Shown piece after piece: positions 23,847-37,800 of a stretch of 64,000 bases of DNA. Within the stretch, counting starts at the first letter, position 1, and the number at the start of each line of letters is the position of its first letter. Both the position numbers and the translations under genes were made by a program. Under the pieces are notes generated by a model. That model was not told the DNA's origin and did no database searches. It saw only the letters and a program-made list of their open reading frames with translations. The DNA comes from Daphnia carinata. Taxonomy: Eukaryota. The DNA lies in the NCBI RefSeq assembly GCF_022539665.2, contig NC_081331.1:5580001-5644000 (forward strand). The letters are read 5' to 3'.

Positions 23847-26800
23847 TTTCGTTTATTCCCCTGAAAAATATTGCAATCAAACAAAATGAGACATTAGTCA
23901 CACGATGCACGTTTAACAGCGGATAAACAAAAGGAAAAAGTGAATCGAATAAAACGTTTCCTTGAATCAATCACGAGATGCTTTTCGGTCAAGTTAGTCT
24001 TGGCAAACTTTTGCCAACAAAAAAAAAATATATTTACGTAGACATATAGCATCCAATGTCTAGTATTGCGTTCGAAATGTGATGGATCGACAACAGTTAT
24101 TAATGCAAGCATTCAGAGGAAAGTACATAGTAGTGCAATATAGATCACTCTTACGGCTCACGAATCGTCAAAGTGCCAAAACGTGGGCTTTCATATCCAA
24201 CGTCCTCTAGGAAAGTTAAGTTTTATGCCAAAAATAAGTTTTCACCCTAGGTTCGATCAAAACAAACAAGGAAAAGGTTTAGTGCTAATGCCGGTGTCTG
24301 CTACTTTAGAAAAGTTGTTCAACACAGTTCGATGTGAAAACGATCAAAGACTTGGTTAAATCCGTTTAGCTTTTATACGTAGGCAGCTCAAGTAGTTGGA
24401 GGAGACTCACGAACGAACCAATAAAGGACCTCACAGTTATTCCTTAGCAACCGATTGCCGAACGCAGTGAGGGTCCTTTTTTGCAGTTGTGACAACAATG
24501 CCGTTTGATTTCAAGTCAACAAGAAAAGACTTTACACAAGAAAAACGACAGCTATTTCTTGACTCGTCTTTTCATTTATGAGCGTATGTGCTTATTTACA
24601 ATTTCACGTACGATGGGGATAAAGTATAGATTTCTTCTACCAGTGCCAAATCGGACAAGATTACGTCAGAGTACAGACGCTGCTGCAAATGAAGGATGTG
24701 ATGCTATTGTATGGATCTCTATAGAATAGCTGACAATTATCGCCGGTGGTTCTTTTGTGGACGAACGCGATAAAACTGTCTATGAGATCTACTCGTATTG
24801 AGCTGTAGGCCGTGCGGAGGCATTGCTAGGGAAGAAGAAAGTCATAATAAATTGAAGCTGAATATAATGACAAATGCTGATAAAGGGGTAAAGTCCGCCC
24901 CAGTCGACTGGTTCGCATTAGCGTCAAACGGCTCCAAAGACTTTCATTGTCAGCCAAAATACAACTTGATGGCATGGGATAAAAGAAAATCAGCAATCTT
25001 TCGTTATTCCATCTAACTCACTCAGACGGTAATTTTCCTTTTTACCCTTCATGCAACGACGTAGGACTTTACAAACTTCGCTTTTCTCTTGAAAAGTCAT
25101 TCGGAGTAAATAGTTTGACGGTGCAATCGAAAACTTCAGGCAGAAGCATACAGCCTAAAATAACGTTTCGAGTGTTTCGACCTAACGATCGTCTACTGAA
25201 TTTTCTTAACTTAATCATATAAGCGTAACTTTACAGTGAAATTTGTGTTATATGCTTTGAGTTTTTTAAGTTTTAGAAGTTAAATCTCCACAACAACAAT
25301 ACCGAGAAGAGATAGCCCATCTAGGCTAGAAGGTTGTAAGAAGTAAATGCATGTAGCCCCCAGAGGAACCATCAAACTCAGCCAAACATGCACTAAGAAA
25401 GCCTTCAGCATTGTTTGTTGCGGCGAACAGTACAAACGAATCATCAGTTCGTACGGTACTTTAACGATCCATTGACACGGTCCGGTCTTTCTTCGCAATA
25501 ATCGATCGTCAGTTACAATTATTTTGTTTGTTTTTTCCTCGGACTTTTCGACGTTGTTGTATCCACAGACTGCTAACCGATTATGTCTGCGACTGCTTTT
25601 GCTTTTCTACTGTTGGCAGCAACGGTTCTGACAGACACATCGCTGCTAGGAAACTGTATAATGACGTGACCGTTATTGCCTTTGTCTTCAAAGAATATAA
25701 GCGCAGTGCATATGCAATATGTGTCCAGTCGTGACGTAACGTGTGTCACTATTATTCAGATCCTAACTGAGCTTCGTGATTCAATTCAATTTTGATCGGC
25801 AAGTTTAAATCTAAAATTGCCATATGTGCATTCAGTAGCCATTATGACTTTGAAATGCAGCTACAAGTGTAATACGTACAGGCTAATCATTCCATATTTA
25901 TGTGCAACACTTAACGCATTGTCGCGCTCCCGTTATGTGTGGGATTCTATGCACATGCACGTTGGATACCATGTGTCCTTTACCCAAAATTGCCTGCCTC
26001 TGAATAATATGTTAGAGCCCACTTTTACGCTTTACTTATAGTTTAATTCTTCATTTTCGCTGAAATTGGGGGCGTTTCTACATGAACGCGTACATTTTCC
26101 TTGTTATTTAAAGACTCGATATACTCCCACCGCCGATGGCATCCGCCTTAACTGACGTGACAAGGACCAAACGGGCAGAGCCTATTTCAATATTGTAGGC
26201 AATGTCAGTGGCAGATACCGTGAGCTGTTTACCCATATAGAAAACGTAAAGATGCGAATACATTTACGCAAACCAATTTCCTTATTTTTTATTTCCTCGT
26301 ACCGAAACTTCTTTTGCCAGTGACTTTTGTGCTGTCCTTATCAGTTAGCACCTCCTCACGAACGTGTCTTCCATCCAATGCCCTCCCTCTGTTTCTCGTT
26401 TATTTTGTTTTTTTTTCATGTCATTTATAGTTTGTCAGCTTTCACAGCAAGATAATCGAATCTACATCAAAGGCGAAAAATACATTTAATATGCACAGAG
26501 GATAGCTGCGTACATTATGTATTCAGCTCAACTTGAAAATCGTTTATTAAAGTTTAAATGGCTTCATGTAAGAAAAAAAAACAAGTTTAGCTTGCGTTAC
26601 TTTCCGCAGTACACATCTTTTTTTCTCAAGAGGTGGGGAGAGAGAAAAGCCATTTGGCACCAAACTCTGCAACCTCTCGATAATATTATTCTGGAAGACT
26701 GTTCTCCCTGTGACTACATGTAATTTCCAAGAACTTTTGACACGCAGAATCAATGAGGCTAGCTGTAATTTATTCTTTTCACGGTTTACTACACTTCACC

Positions 26801-29800
26801 TTTAATGCTACTGAAAGCTCCCCCCGTTTGTTCTATTCACCTGAAAAGCAAACGATTTGCCGAACAATCCATCCTAAATAGATTAGCAACGTCGTTGGGG
26901 AACATACGCTGTAGGATTTAATGCTCTTTGCAACAGTTATTCAAATATGGTCCAGCTGTATTCCACGAAAACCCTGAGACTCTTTGTCACCCTCGATAAA
27001 TTTTTTATTGGAATACCGTGCAAATTATGAAACTACTTCCGACAAAACTTTTACAAAGTACAGACGGATTCCATATCCTCCATCTACGTGCTGTCTATCA
27101 TAATCATCCGTTGAAAGTGTTGGAATAATATATTTCTTCACTTTTTATTGCTCAATAAAATTGTAGACTGACCTTTTCGTTTCCTCCAGTCGAAGAGGAT
27201 TTCAGCACGTCTCCCACTATCACGAAGCACCGAGCCCAAAACAAAATTCGATTTATATGCGTGAAGCCCTTGTGCTGTGAGAGAGCCACAAAAGTTTCGG
27301 ACATCAAGTTCAATCACTGTGAAGCGCACGAGATCAAAAATACCCACACCACTAAAAGCTTGGGAGGCTCACGAAAACGATGACGACAAGTCAGTGTCAC
27401 TAAAAGCTTAGTGCAATATCATGGAATTCCAAAAGAAAAAGAAAGAAAACACTATGTTTATTGAAAAACAAAAACTAGGGAGATAAGACAGTCGTTGATG
27501 TACACGGTATGGATGTTGAATACAGATGCGCTGGACCACAGAAGTGATTGAGAGCTTTGATCAGCTCTGCGGAATCACAAACGCGGGATTGAACGAAACA
27601 ACGATGCGTGTCCCGCAGAGCTTCTGAAAGTAGTCGCATCGCTACAGTACCACTAGGCTAGCTGAAAGGGGGGGCTAGCAAAATGTACGAGAATCAGGAG
27701 CAGGCGCCGTGGATGCCTATTCAAGAAATCACGATATCCGGTTTAAGAAGAAATCGGATGACGACAATGAGAACGCCATGAAAGAGAAACGCAACATCTT
27801 GTTGCTAAATTAAACAAGTTGTTTTTCTGCGTTATTTCAGTCAATTTTCATTCTCATATCAAAAGCAAGAGCTTTACATTGTTTAAATAAAAACACTGAA
27901 CAAATAACATGTTGCCTAAGTAACCGTGACGACGGCAGACCCTTTCGTTTTCAATAAAATCAGCCACTTGTTTAACGTAGACTTTCCAGTGACTAAACAT
28001 TGGATCCATAAATGATTTTTTATTGCATAATGTGGCCATTTTTATATTGCGTTTCAACGTTGAGTGAAACTCACACATGAGGGAGACCTTTGCTTGTTAT
28101 AATAAAGGATCGTTGGGTTACATCTCTAATGAATCTACGACGTAATCTTTCGTGGAACAAGTCAAGCATCACTACGTTTAAAACGCCCACTTATTTCTGT
28201 TCGCACATACAACAGCCTTTCGCCGTGCTATTATTATCACATGTACGCAAGATAACCCTCTCATGCCCAGTCATTGAATATTTCCTTCTAGCCGATTAAA
28301 TCCCGGCCCCATTAACGCAACTTCCTGTAAATCTGCATGAAACAGCTGTATGGTCCGTAATGAAGCTTCACGCAGCTACAGCGTCTTTACAAACAGCAAC
28401 TTGTTCATACAAAAAAAAACACGAATAGATGTTAATTGAAATGCAAAGTGTCCTCGTAATCAACAAACGTAAAATCAAACTGCATAGCGGGTTTATCCCA
28501 ATCAATGCCGAGTGGCCCTGTGAATCAAGTTCTGCGATGGTGCATTGCTTCATCTCTAGAGCTATGCATTATTTACGTCTTTCCTTGCCTGCCTGAAATG
28601 ACTAACCATCCCGAGAATCTCCGAGGAATACTTTAAACCAATTTTATCTCCTTCTTTGGTTTCCCACGACCTTGCCAACTTTCTTTCCCTGCCTCTTTGC
28701 CACCGACGTTAAGTGGGAATTCTTTTTTTTTTTCAGCTGTGTCGAATATCTTTGATTCAACATGAAATCAAAACAAAATATCAAATATTTCAACGCATTA
28801 GGTTCTCATAAGGGAACTCAAGATGAAGAAACACGCAGCGAGTATCCACCATCTGTTCTGGGTGTCCACCGGAGTGTAACTCTTAACAAACGGAGGAATC
28901 TCAATACAGGTGAGAGTTCTAGCAGATGAGCCATTGTGCACCTGTTTAGATGTACGTATACAATGTGCATTTTTCTTCAACATCACTAGAACGGTAGATA
29001 GTTGCGTTTTATTCCCCTGCAATGGCGTAATGATCGTGACGGATAAAGGAAGACCATCCAGTACACAATCAGCCCGTTATTCACTTACACATAAGGATTT
29101 TTCGAAAAAGCCAAGTTTAAAGTAGAGTATGCAAAGACGCATCGAAATAGAAGATGACCGATAAAATGGAAGAATAGAAAGAGCTATATCCGACAATGTG
29201 CTTCTTTGTATAGACGCGTTAAAGTGCAAGAGAACATTCAATCGGACGGATGGATGTTGTACTTTACACGAGCAGAAAGCATTTAGCGAGAACATCACTG
29301 TCAATAGAAGGGTAACGACTCTTTTTTTCCCTTTTAGCTTCCCCAAATAGAAGAATGGCTTGTTTACTTGATTCCTTTCTTCTTTTGATTTCACTCGTCA
29401 AGATTACTTGGACGTAGAGGCCAAATCAATAGTCCTGACAGGACAAAAGGTTTTGCTTTGATTTTCAGCTTTATTCTCATTCAGTCTTAAATAATTACCT
29501 TCAGGAGGATGCGGCCGTATTGTCAGTTAATGGGATTAGCTTTGTTTAAATTTTGTATACTCTTCCTGTAAGCCGCGTAACGGTTCAGGTTAAAAATGGT
29601 CAACTGCAAACAAGACGCGACCCTCGTCTGTGTAAACATGTGAAATCATGCAGAACGAAGTTTGCCTTACTCTTCATACTTTTGAGCTTATTACCGAAAT
29701 CGAACGACTGATGAGATTCCATTGCTATCCGGTTGACTTAACATCGCAATTTATAGTTCATTCCATCTTTTTTTTTTAGTTTTCAAGCTTTTTTCATTGA

Positions 29801-30169
29801 ATGAATAACGTAACATTACACAACGAACGACCACGGTAAGCCAAACATACGCTACTGGAACCTTTGATAAATGGCTTTTGACTTTGATGTTGTTCGTCTT
29901 TCTTGATGAAATGTCGACAGAGGGGATGCGTACAGAGCCTGGATATTCACTGAGTACACCGCGAGGTAATACAAACAGCGTTCGTTAAAGTACGGGTCCA
30001 ATTCTAAGTTTTGATTTCACGCTATTCTCAGTAAGTCGTATTTATAGCTATGCAAAAGTAACGCGGCATTTTACAGTTGTATTTACACGGGCTGTAAATC
30101 AACTTTCCCAGTTGTGTGCTCTAGTACGCATCAAGATTTGGTCACTTGGTCGTGACTGACATACAGGAG

Positions 30170-30222
30170 CTCTTTCGATATCCGGTACTATACTATATAC
30201 TATATACTCTCTCGATATCCGG
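30170..30222. repeat. 16-bp direct repeat flanking a (TACTATA)-type filler
   Basis: CTCTTTCGATATCCGG (30170-30185) + TACTATACTATATACTATATA + CTCTCTCGATATCCGG (30207-30222). Confidence 0.8.
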
Positions 30223-33200
30223 GTCGTTGTACCAACCTGAAATCAATTCTTAATCTCAAGATTGTGATACGCAATATTAAACAACTTCTAATTTTATATT
30301 GTGTCAGTCAATAAGAAATTTATGCACCGTAAAGGCAACAGGAAATGAGAAAGTCGTCCTATCTGCCCAACATGTTGTCTCACTTTCAGCAGAGATAAGT
30401 CACTTCCAATGACCGCAGCTAAGTCTCTTCATCAAGTCCCGTCGGATCACCAAAATGTTTTCATATTTCATCATCACGGAGCTGTCGTAGTAAAAGTAAC
30501 AGGTATAATAAATCTATATTAAATAACATACTCTTTCTCCTACCCCAACGTAGACTTTGGCTTCCCTCAAAACGGTTTGGATGTGGCGGCGATGAAGTTC
30601 AATCAGTTGCGGCAGATGAGTGAGTAACATCCTCATTTTCATATGCAACGCTAAACATTTTGCAATTTTTCACTTCAACTCGAAAACGTGATGCCTCACA
30701 TAGCAAAGGAAGTTGCACACGTACCACGGGCCGATCACTTGGGATTCCCGTATCCCTCCAAATTCAATAAAAAATTAAATTTTTTGCTACTTAGAGCGTA
30801 CATGACGTCCAAAAACAAACGTTTGCATTTGAGTACGTCAAAAGACGCACGTTGCACATTTACTATGGCTGTGCCCTAAAAGAAATCACATTTTCGTTTT
30901 AAGCCTTTTCTAATGCACTCGAAATACATTTCCTGGGATATGACATATGGGATATACATGTGATAGCAAGAAAAGCGATTAGTGTTACGTGTTTTTATTC
31001 AAACAGTTCGTAACGCTTCGACGCAGCATTAGCTAGCTAGAAATGTGCTTAAGCAAATAGCAATCGCGAAAAATGAAAGCATAGCAACAGTTAACAGAAA
31101 AACAAAGGTATGAAAAATAACCTGCCGAAAACCTCCCTGGCAACATGAATATCGTTTTTTTTTCTGCCTCATCCCCCCTTTTTTTTGCTATCGTACCCTA
31201 CCTGTACTTTAAGCAAAACGAAAATGTTTTCTGTAGAGTTTCACCTTGACTGGAGAAAAAATCTGTACCCTTCCTTTTTTTGTTTTCGCTTCCTATGGTA
31301 ATTTTTTTTTCTCGAAGCTCATGAATATTTAAACATTCGTTGATTTGCTTGATACGTACAACAAGGGATTTGCATAATAAGCTACACACGTTGCATTGCG
31401 AGAAAATATTAAGCGAATTGTTGAACACATAATACCAAACTTAATAATACGGATTTTTTCAATTCACTTAAAACTATTCGCAATTTGTTTTGTTTTTATT
31501 TATTATATATGGTTGAAATTATTTTAAGTATTTCTGATGAAATATACATCAATGTAATGGCACGGCAGGATAGGTAGGCTACTGTTCGACACTACGATAA
31601 CATTAAAGTATTCTTAACGTTTCAAGAACACAAAAAAAAACAGATCACCATTATTCAGATCCATAACGACAACACAGGTTGCATAAATCTAATATCTCTA
31701 ATCAAGACAATAAGTAAAAGAAAAAAAAAGGAATTTAGCGGGTTGAGAGCTGGAAGATAGGACAAATGGGAAGGGACAGCTAAATGAGCGATATGCATGC
31801 GTGCGATATGAGGCCTATAAATATTCCAGGTGGTTCCAGTGTTTATTCCATACCTGTTTCATCGCCCCGGGTGATTTGCCTTTCCTCTTTTCAGTCTTTA
31901 TTTGATTCCCCTACCTTCTTTGTTTTATTTGCACGTTTCTTCAAAGCTACAGTTTTAGGTTGGGTATATAAATCGAAACTGAGGGAAGGGGTCACCAAAA
32001 ATTCATGATGGCCGCTTTGCTTTAATTTTCTCTCCGTATATATCCCCTTATGTAACCACGAATACAACGTATTTAATAGTTTACAGGGATTATCAATTGA
32101 CCCCAATTTTCGTTTACAAGTCTGAACAGGTAATCGCGTGCATAATATCTGTGTACCTACTTATTTCAAGCCAACGACAGGGTCATTGTCCACGTTATTC
32201 GGTACTTCTGGTTTGCCATAAATAACTGTTATCACTGCAATGGACGTTTAAATGTTTTCACTAAGTTCCGTTTCTGTTCCGAAAATACCGATAGCCTCTT
32301 TTAAACATCTAAAAAAATTTTTTAAAGCTGAAAGATAGGCTACGTGGCCCAACAAAGAATGCGTAGCGTGCCGTGACAATGTTTCATTCGCAACCTTTTT
32401 TTTTTTTATGTGTCCCTTCCCATAATCGTTTCCCCTCACCGCTCTTTTTCTTTTCGAAAACAGCCTGCAGGAAAGACATCCCGGCGAGGTTAAATGCGCC
32501 GTCACGAAGCCAAATAAAAATCTGGCTAGGCGGATTGCTCACGGGGAAAAGAAGAAATTGCTCAATCGATATAAAAGAACGGGCTTTCCGTGCCAAGTTT
32601 TTCTACCTTTTTTTTCAGACGGACGAAATGGAAGCAGCAGGAGGGTCTTTTATTAGTCCAACGAGATAGATAAAGAGGCGACGAGGAACGATCAACTTAA
32701 AGATTGCCCCATGAACAGCCCCGATCCGAATGAAGTGATTACGTATACATCCAAACCCTTTCGTCTTAACTCATATTGTATGCAGTGTTTCGTGACTACC
32801 GTGACACGCAGAACCTATCGCCGTCAGCAATAAAATTTTCCACATTTTTCTGTATTACTTTTTAATATGTTTGCCCTCGTTTTTTGTTTAATAAATTTTC
32901 TTTTGCCATGTCACAATAACAAGCAGATGGTTGCTGTGTACGGGAACTTAGTGGTTGAAATGAATGAATGAATTCATACCGCCTTGTACAATGCGGCCTC
33001 TTCATCTTTCCCGTATAGCAGATTCTGTCGAAATGGAGTGCAGCACCTTGCGTCTCGACAAGTAAAAAGTTAGTTTCGCTGACGACGAGGAAAGAGAGGC
33101 AGATTAAATAATTTTGCTGAAAGAAGTTCCAGAAAGTTGTGGATAAAGGAAGAGGCGCATACGTGTGGGCGTTACTTACCATGCAACCCAAAAGAATTTA

Positions 33201-34893
33201 TTTGATATGCACGTTACATCGCTATATGCGAGTGGGATAGTCCTGATGCAGTAGCGCATTCTGAATGCGGAGCTTTGGTTACATTTGAGCAATAGATTAC
33301 GAGCGTCTACGGTCACAGATGACGGCATCGTAAGGCTATTCCATCAGTGTCCATGGTTTAACTGCATTGCAAAAATATTGTCATTCACCACATCTCATTT
33401 GTATGGTTTGCAGGTGTTACCCAATCGCACTTAGGGTCTTTTCGTTTGGCCCGCATCCGTTACGTTTTTCGTGCAAGTTCAGATCGCAGGACGATGCTAT
33501 CTAGCGTGTCAGATCAGAAGCTAAATGGTCGGGAGGGAAACAGAGCATTACATCAGGTTGACGCAGCCTCCGTTAGGATTTCGGAAGCGCATCCGATTTT
33601 CAATGATTTTTCACATTGCTATGCTTGGACAACGGCAAATCTAGAATACAAAGTATCTCGAACAATTGAACATAGTTGTACGAGGCTTGCAGACGTACAC
33701 GCAACGGGAATGCTTAACGAAATCGATTCCCGATTCCTTTTTGTTCGTGCACGCTAATGAAATCTACTTTCCAGTTGATTCCGAGAAACTTCGAAAAGAG
33801 ATGGAACAAAACCCGAATAAAAGGGAAATCTTTTCCTAGCCGAATTAGATGTTTTTAACTTTAATGTTTTCCTTACCACCAAAGCCCATTCATTTGTGGG
33901 TCGTACACCATTAGGCCAGGTATGGTATGCGTGCGCCCTAGCTGACTGGCATCGCTGTTGCAGTCGATGAAATATTCAACGATCGTTGTGCGTCATTCGG
34001 ATCAACGCAAACTGAATAAAAAAAAACGTACCCAGTTCTTTTGTAAGCAAATGGAAATCATTCCCATTTTTTCAAGAGTCTTCTTTCAATTACAGTAGAT
34101 TGCATGCCCACTTTGATTATTTATTCGTATTGTCAACAACCACCAGATAATTAACGTCCCTCTCTCGCTAAATCAAATAGTTTTCCCGTTCATAGTAAAG
34201 ATTACGTATCCATTCCTAGCTGAAGGCGAAATAATGCCATGTGGACTGTCTCTACTTTCAAAGTTTATGTTTCGTTTTCCTGTTTATGAGAGACGTCGTT
34301 CGCGGCTGACTTGATTTTAAGTTTCTTTGGTACCGTGGGCTGCACTCTCAGAATCAGAATGTGGAAACATTGATGTATTAGACAAGCATCTTACGAAACG
34401 AAATAGAAAGTCATTGACAATAGATCCATCCACCGTAGCAGCCAACATGAAAGTTGGGTATGACGTAGCACAGTATTACGTAATTGACAACATACACTGA
34501 AGAAGCGGAGGCGGATTTAGATAGAGGCAATCCAAACACAATAAAGATATTTTCTCTCCCTCTTTCGCCAAAAAAAGAAAAAAAATGTGACAATGATACC
34601 TAAGAGAAATTTTATGAATAGCCAATATGATTCTCAGTAAAGTCCAATCAAAACGAACGTTCCAGCTGCTGGGCGACACCATTAAGAATGGGGGAAACGA
34701 TTGTCCAGAACATTGTTAGACAGAATTCCATCTATCGTCATTTCACTGTGATCCTCAATGTCGTCGATCTCGTTTAGGACGCCCCTACTTTGAGAGTCCC
34801 ATTTTGGAAAAAGTATACGGCCAGTTTACGGCTAAATAAATCCAATTGAACACGAAGATAAAAGAGAAGAATAAGCCGGAAATCTTGGCCGTG

Positions 34894-37800
34894 TCACAAG
34901 TAGCTGTTCATAACCGACGTGTTTTTCGTTTGCGACGAGTCGGAAAGCAAATCTTGATCAGTGCACGTCACGGTTGTTGCGCCTTTGTTGGCATTTTGGG
35001 CCTCCGGTTTTGCCAAATTGCTCGATGTCGGAGTCGGAGACGACGATAGCTGTTGATGACGTCGATTATTTCCAGGAAGCAACAGGTTATCACGATGGAC
35101 TAGCGGGATCTCCGACGAGTGTTGCTGGTGGAGATTCTGGCTGGTAATGCGCTGATGGAAGATGATCAAACGCCTCGTGTTGAAGCGGATGATTCGATGT
35201 CGATGGTTATTACGATGGCGAAGGATCGGCGATGTGGCTGCCGACGACGTCCTACTCGTGTGGGCTGACCTCCCGACGTTGGGACCCAATGCGTAGCTCC
35301 TCCCTGTCAATGCGACATATCGATCGAGAACAGAAAAACAAGAAAGAAAGCGTAGAGAGTCATATGTGAGTATGTTTATAGACGCACCATATCGTAAGTG
35401 GCTTTAATTGAACAAGATAGAAATGTTTTGTTTCCTACTAATTTGAAAGGATATCGTCAGATTAGTAACACACAGGTTAGGAACAGCAAAAACAAATTAG
35501 CGCGTTCACAGAGGACGTTTTTGTTTTTGTATTGGTTCGAACGGGAAAAGGAAAACAATATGCAAATCGCAGCAAGCAACAGTTAAACAAAAAACATTGA
35601 AAACCAAAATCCATAACAGGCCAGAATATGTAAGTGATCCTGGCATTTGGGAAAGACGTATAGCATCTACGGAACACGAGCCAGGAGACTGGCGAATCTA
35701 TATCACGATTTATAAAAATGACGTAACGAGCAGCTTATGAAAAACGTCTTGTTCCTTTAGAAAAATAAATTTATTGTTCAGATTGTGTTTGTGATAACAC
35801 CGTCTTAGCGGATAGTGCTTCACGACAAGGTATATATTTTCTGTAAAAAATCACAGCATTCACCAGAGCGGTCATGACAATCAACGTTGAATTCTTTTGA
35901 CGTTACCCACACATTTGTACTGCAATTAATCCTATTCATCTTATTGTGAGAGGTGTGGTTCGCTTTGTATAGTCTAACTAGTTTACACTTTCTTGATTCT
36001 CTAAACTGCGCAAACGATTTAGAACTATCGAATCCAAAAATAATCAGCTCTTAATCATGTATTATTTCATAGAACAACAAGCTAAAATTTGCTATGCACA
36101 GAATAGGATGAAAGGGAATTATAGGACTGAGCAAACCACGCGAGCCGATGTGTAATCCTGGAAGTTGCACACTCTCCAATTCTTACGGAATTCGTTTTTA
36201 CGAAACTACGTTCCGCCGAAATTTAATATTCCGCATAAATCGGCCTTTTTTTTTATTATCGAACGATTGCTCCCAAACTCGGTGCGCAGAAACACAATTC
36301 AAGCGATCCGAGAGCTTCTCGCAGCACAATTTTCTAAACTCTATTTGCCATGGGTGACGTATCGGTTTATTAGATTTTCGTGTCGGCCCAGAGCGAGTTT
36401 TCCTTGTTGTATCCGTTGCGGTTGGCGTGCCGATAATTTTGGCAATGAGTCAACGAGTTGTAAATCTCGAGCGATGGCGGTGCTGACAACGTCGTCAGCG
36501 GCAGCCAGGCGGAGTTAAAGTTCTTGCGCGCCGTAATCCAGCGGATGGCGCCAGCGCTATTGTCGCTTGGATCTGGCGAATAGTAGGACGGATGCTGATA
36601 GAGCTGATGATGGAAGTGGTTTGGATGCGTCTGTTTGTGATGCGGCTCGTGGAACTTTCCAAAAATGAGGCAACGTTGATGTCCCGTGTGCTGGATCGAA
36701 TGACGCGAATTACTCTGCGACGACGAGGAATGGTCTGGTTGATGGCGGACGACTCCGCACAATCCATTGGGATGGCCGATTTGTCCACTGTGGCTCTGTC
36801 GTGACCGCAGACCATGATGAATCATAATCGGACCTGGATTTAGACATACAACAAGGGGACGCACAAGAATTCGTCACCACGCCCATAATTGTCTTCAATG
36901 AATTTCATATAATTCATAACGAAAAGAAAAGCGTACCGAGGCAGCCATCTATTAGCACTACTGAATCCATTACGCATTTTCTCTCACTATTTCATGTATA
37001 CAAATAAGCTGCCAATTAACTGAATAATAACGCCGACATTGTTACCAAGACAATAAGAAATTATATGTAAGTTTTGTACACTCTGTTCAGCAAAGCCTGC
37101 ATGTGGAAATATTCATTAATGCTGCCAATGGCTGTTGCATATTTTTCCTAGCCGTGGAACAAATATTTTCATTATCGCATAGGTTTGGTACGTTGAAGAT
37201 CTTATGCTGGTAGACCTACATATGTCGATCGCATCTACCACAGGTATCCAACTACAGGAATAAAAAAGCATATGACTCATAACGTAAAAGAATTTTCTTT
37301 CAGTAGAAATCAACATTTTCTAGTCATCAAAATGGGGCTGGAAATTCTAACAGACGATCGATGCGCTATAAAGTCATCAGAATTTTAAAATGCTGAACGA
37401 ATTTATATTCTCCTTAAGTCTCCCCATAGGGATTTATATTCATTTCCATATGAATCTTATTAATACTTCCTAAATCGATACACAAGCGCCAGCAAAGCCC
37501 AAAGGTTTGATAATTCAAAACACTCAAAGGATTTCTTTTAAATTTCAATACAACAGCGTCGAGAAATACGGCTGGCTTAATCCATTGCTGAGATAACGTG
37601 GCAAAAAAAAAAAAAATAGTCGAATCTATTCACATTATGTGTCAGTCAACAAGAACAAGGTATAAGGAAGCAGTTGTTACGAAATGCCTTTTTGATTTTG
37701 TCGATGAAAGAAAAAGACTTTTTGTAAATGTTGGACCTATACATAACGATCTCTTCCTGTCGCCTTGATTTCCCTTTTTATTATTTTTTTTTAATTCCAC

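Noticed and set aside
24000..34800. Numerous 60-110 aa ORFs in the long intergenic region, including an exon-like piece near 28802-28908
   Set aside because: Low-complexity or random composition, no motifs and no multi-exon chain; probably regulatory or 5' UTR intron DNA of GPCR copy 1.
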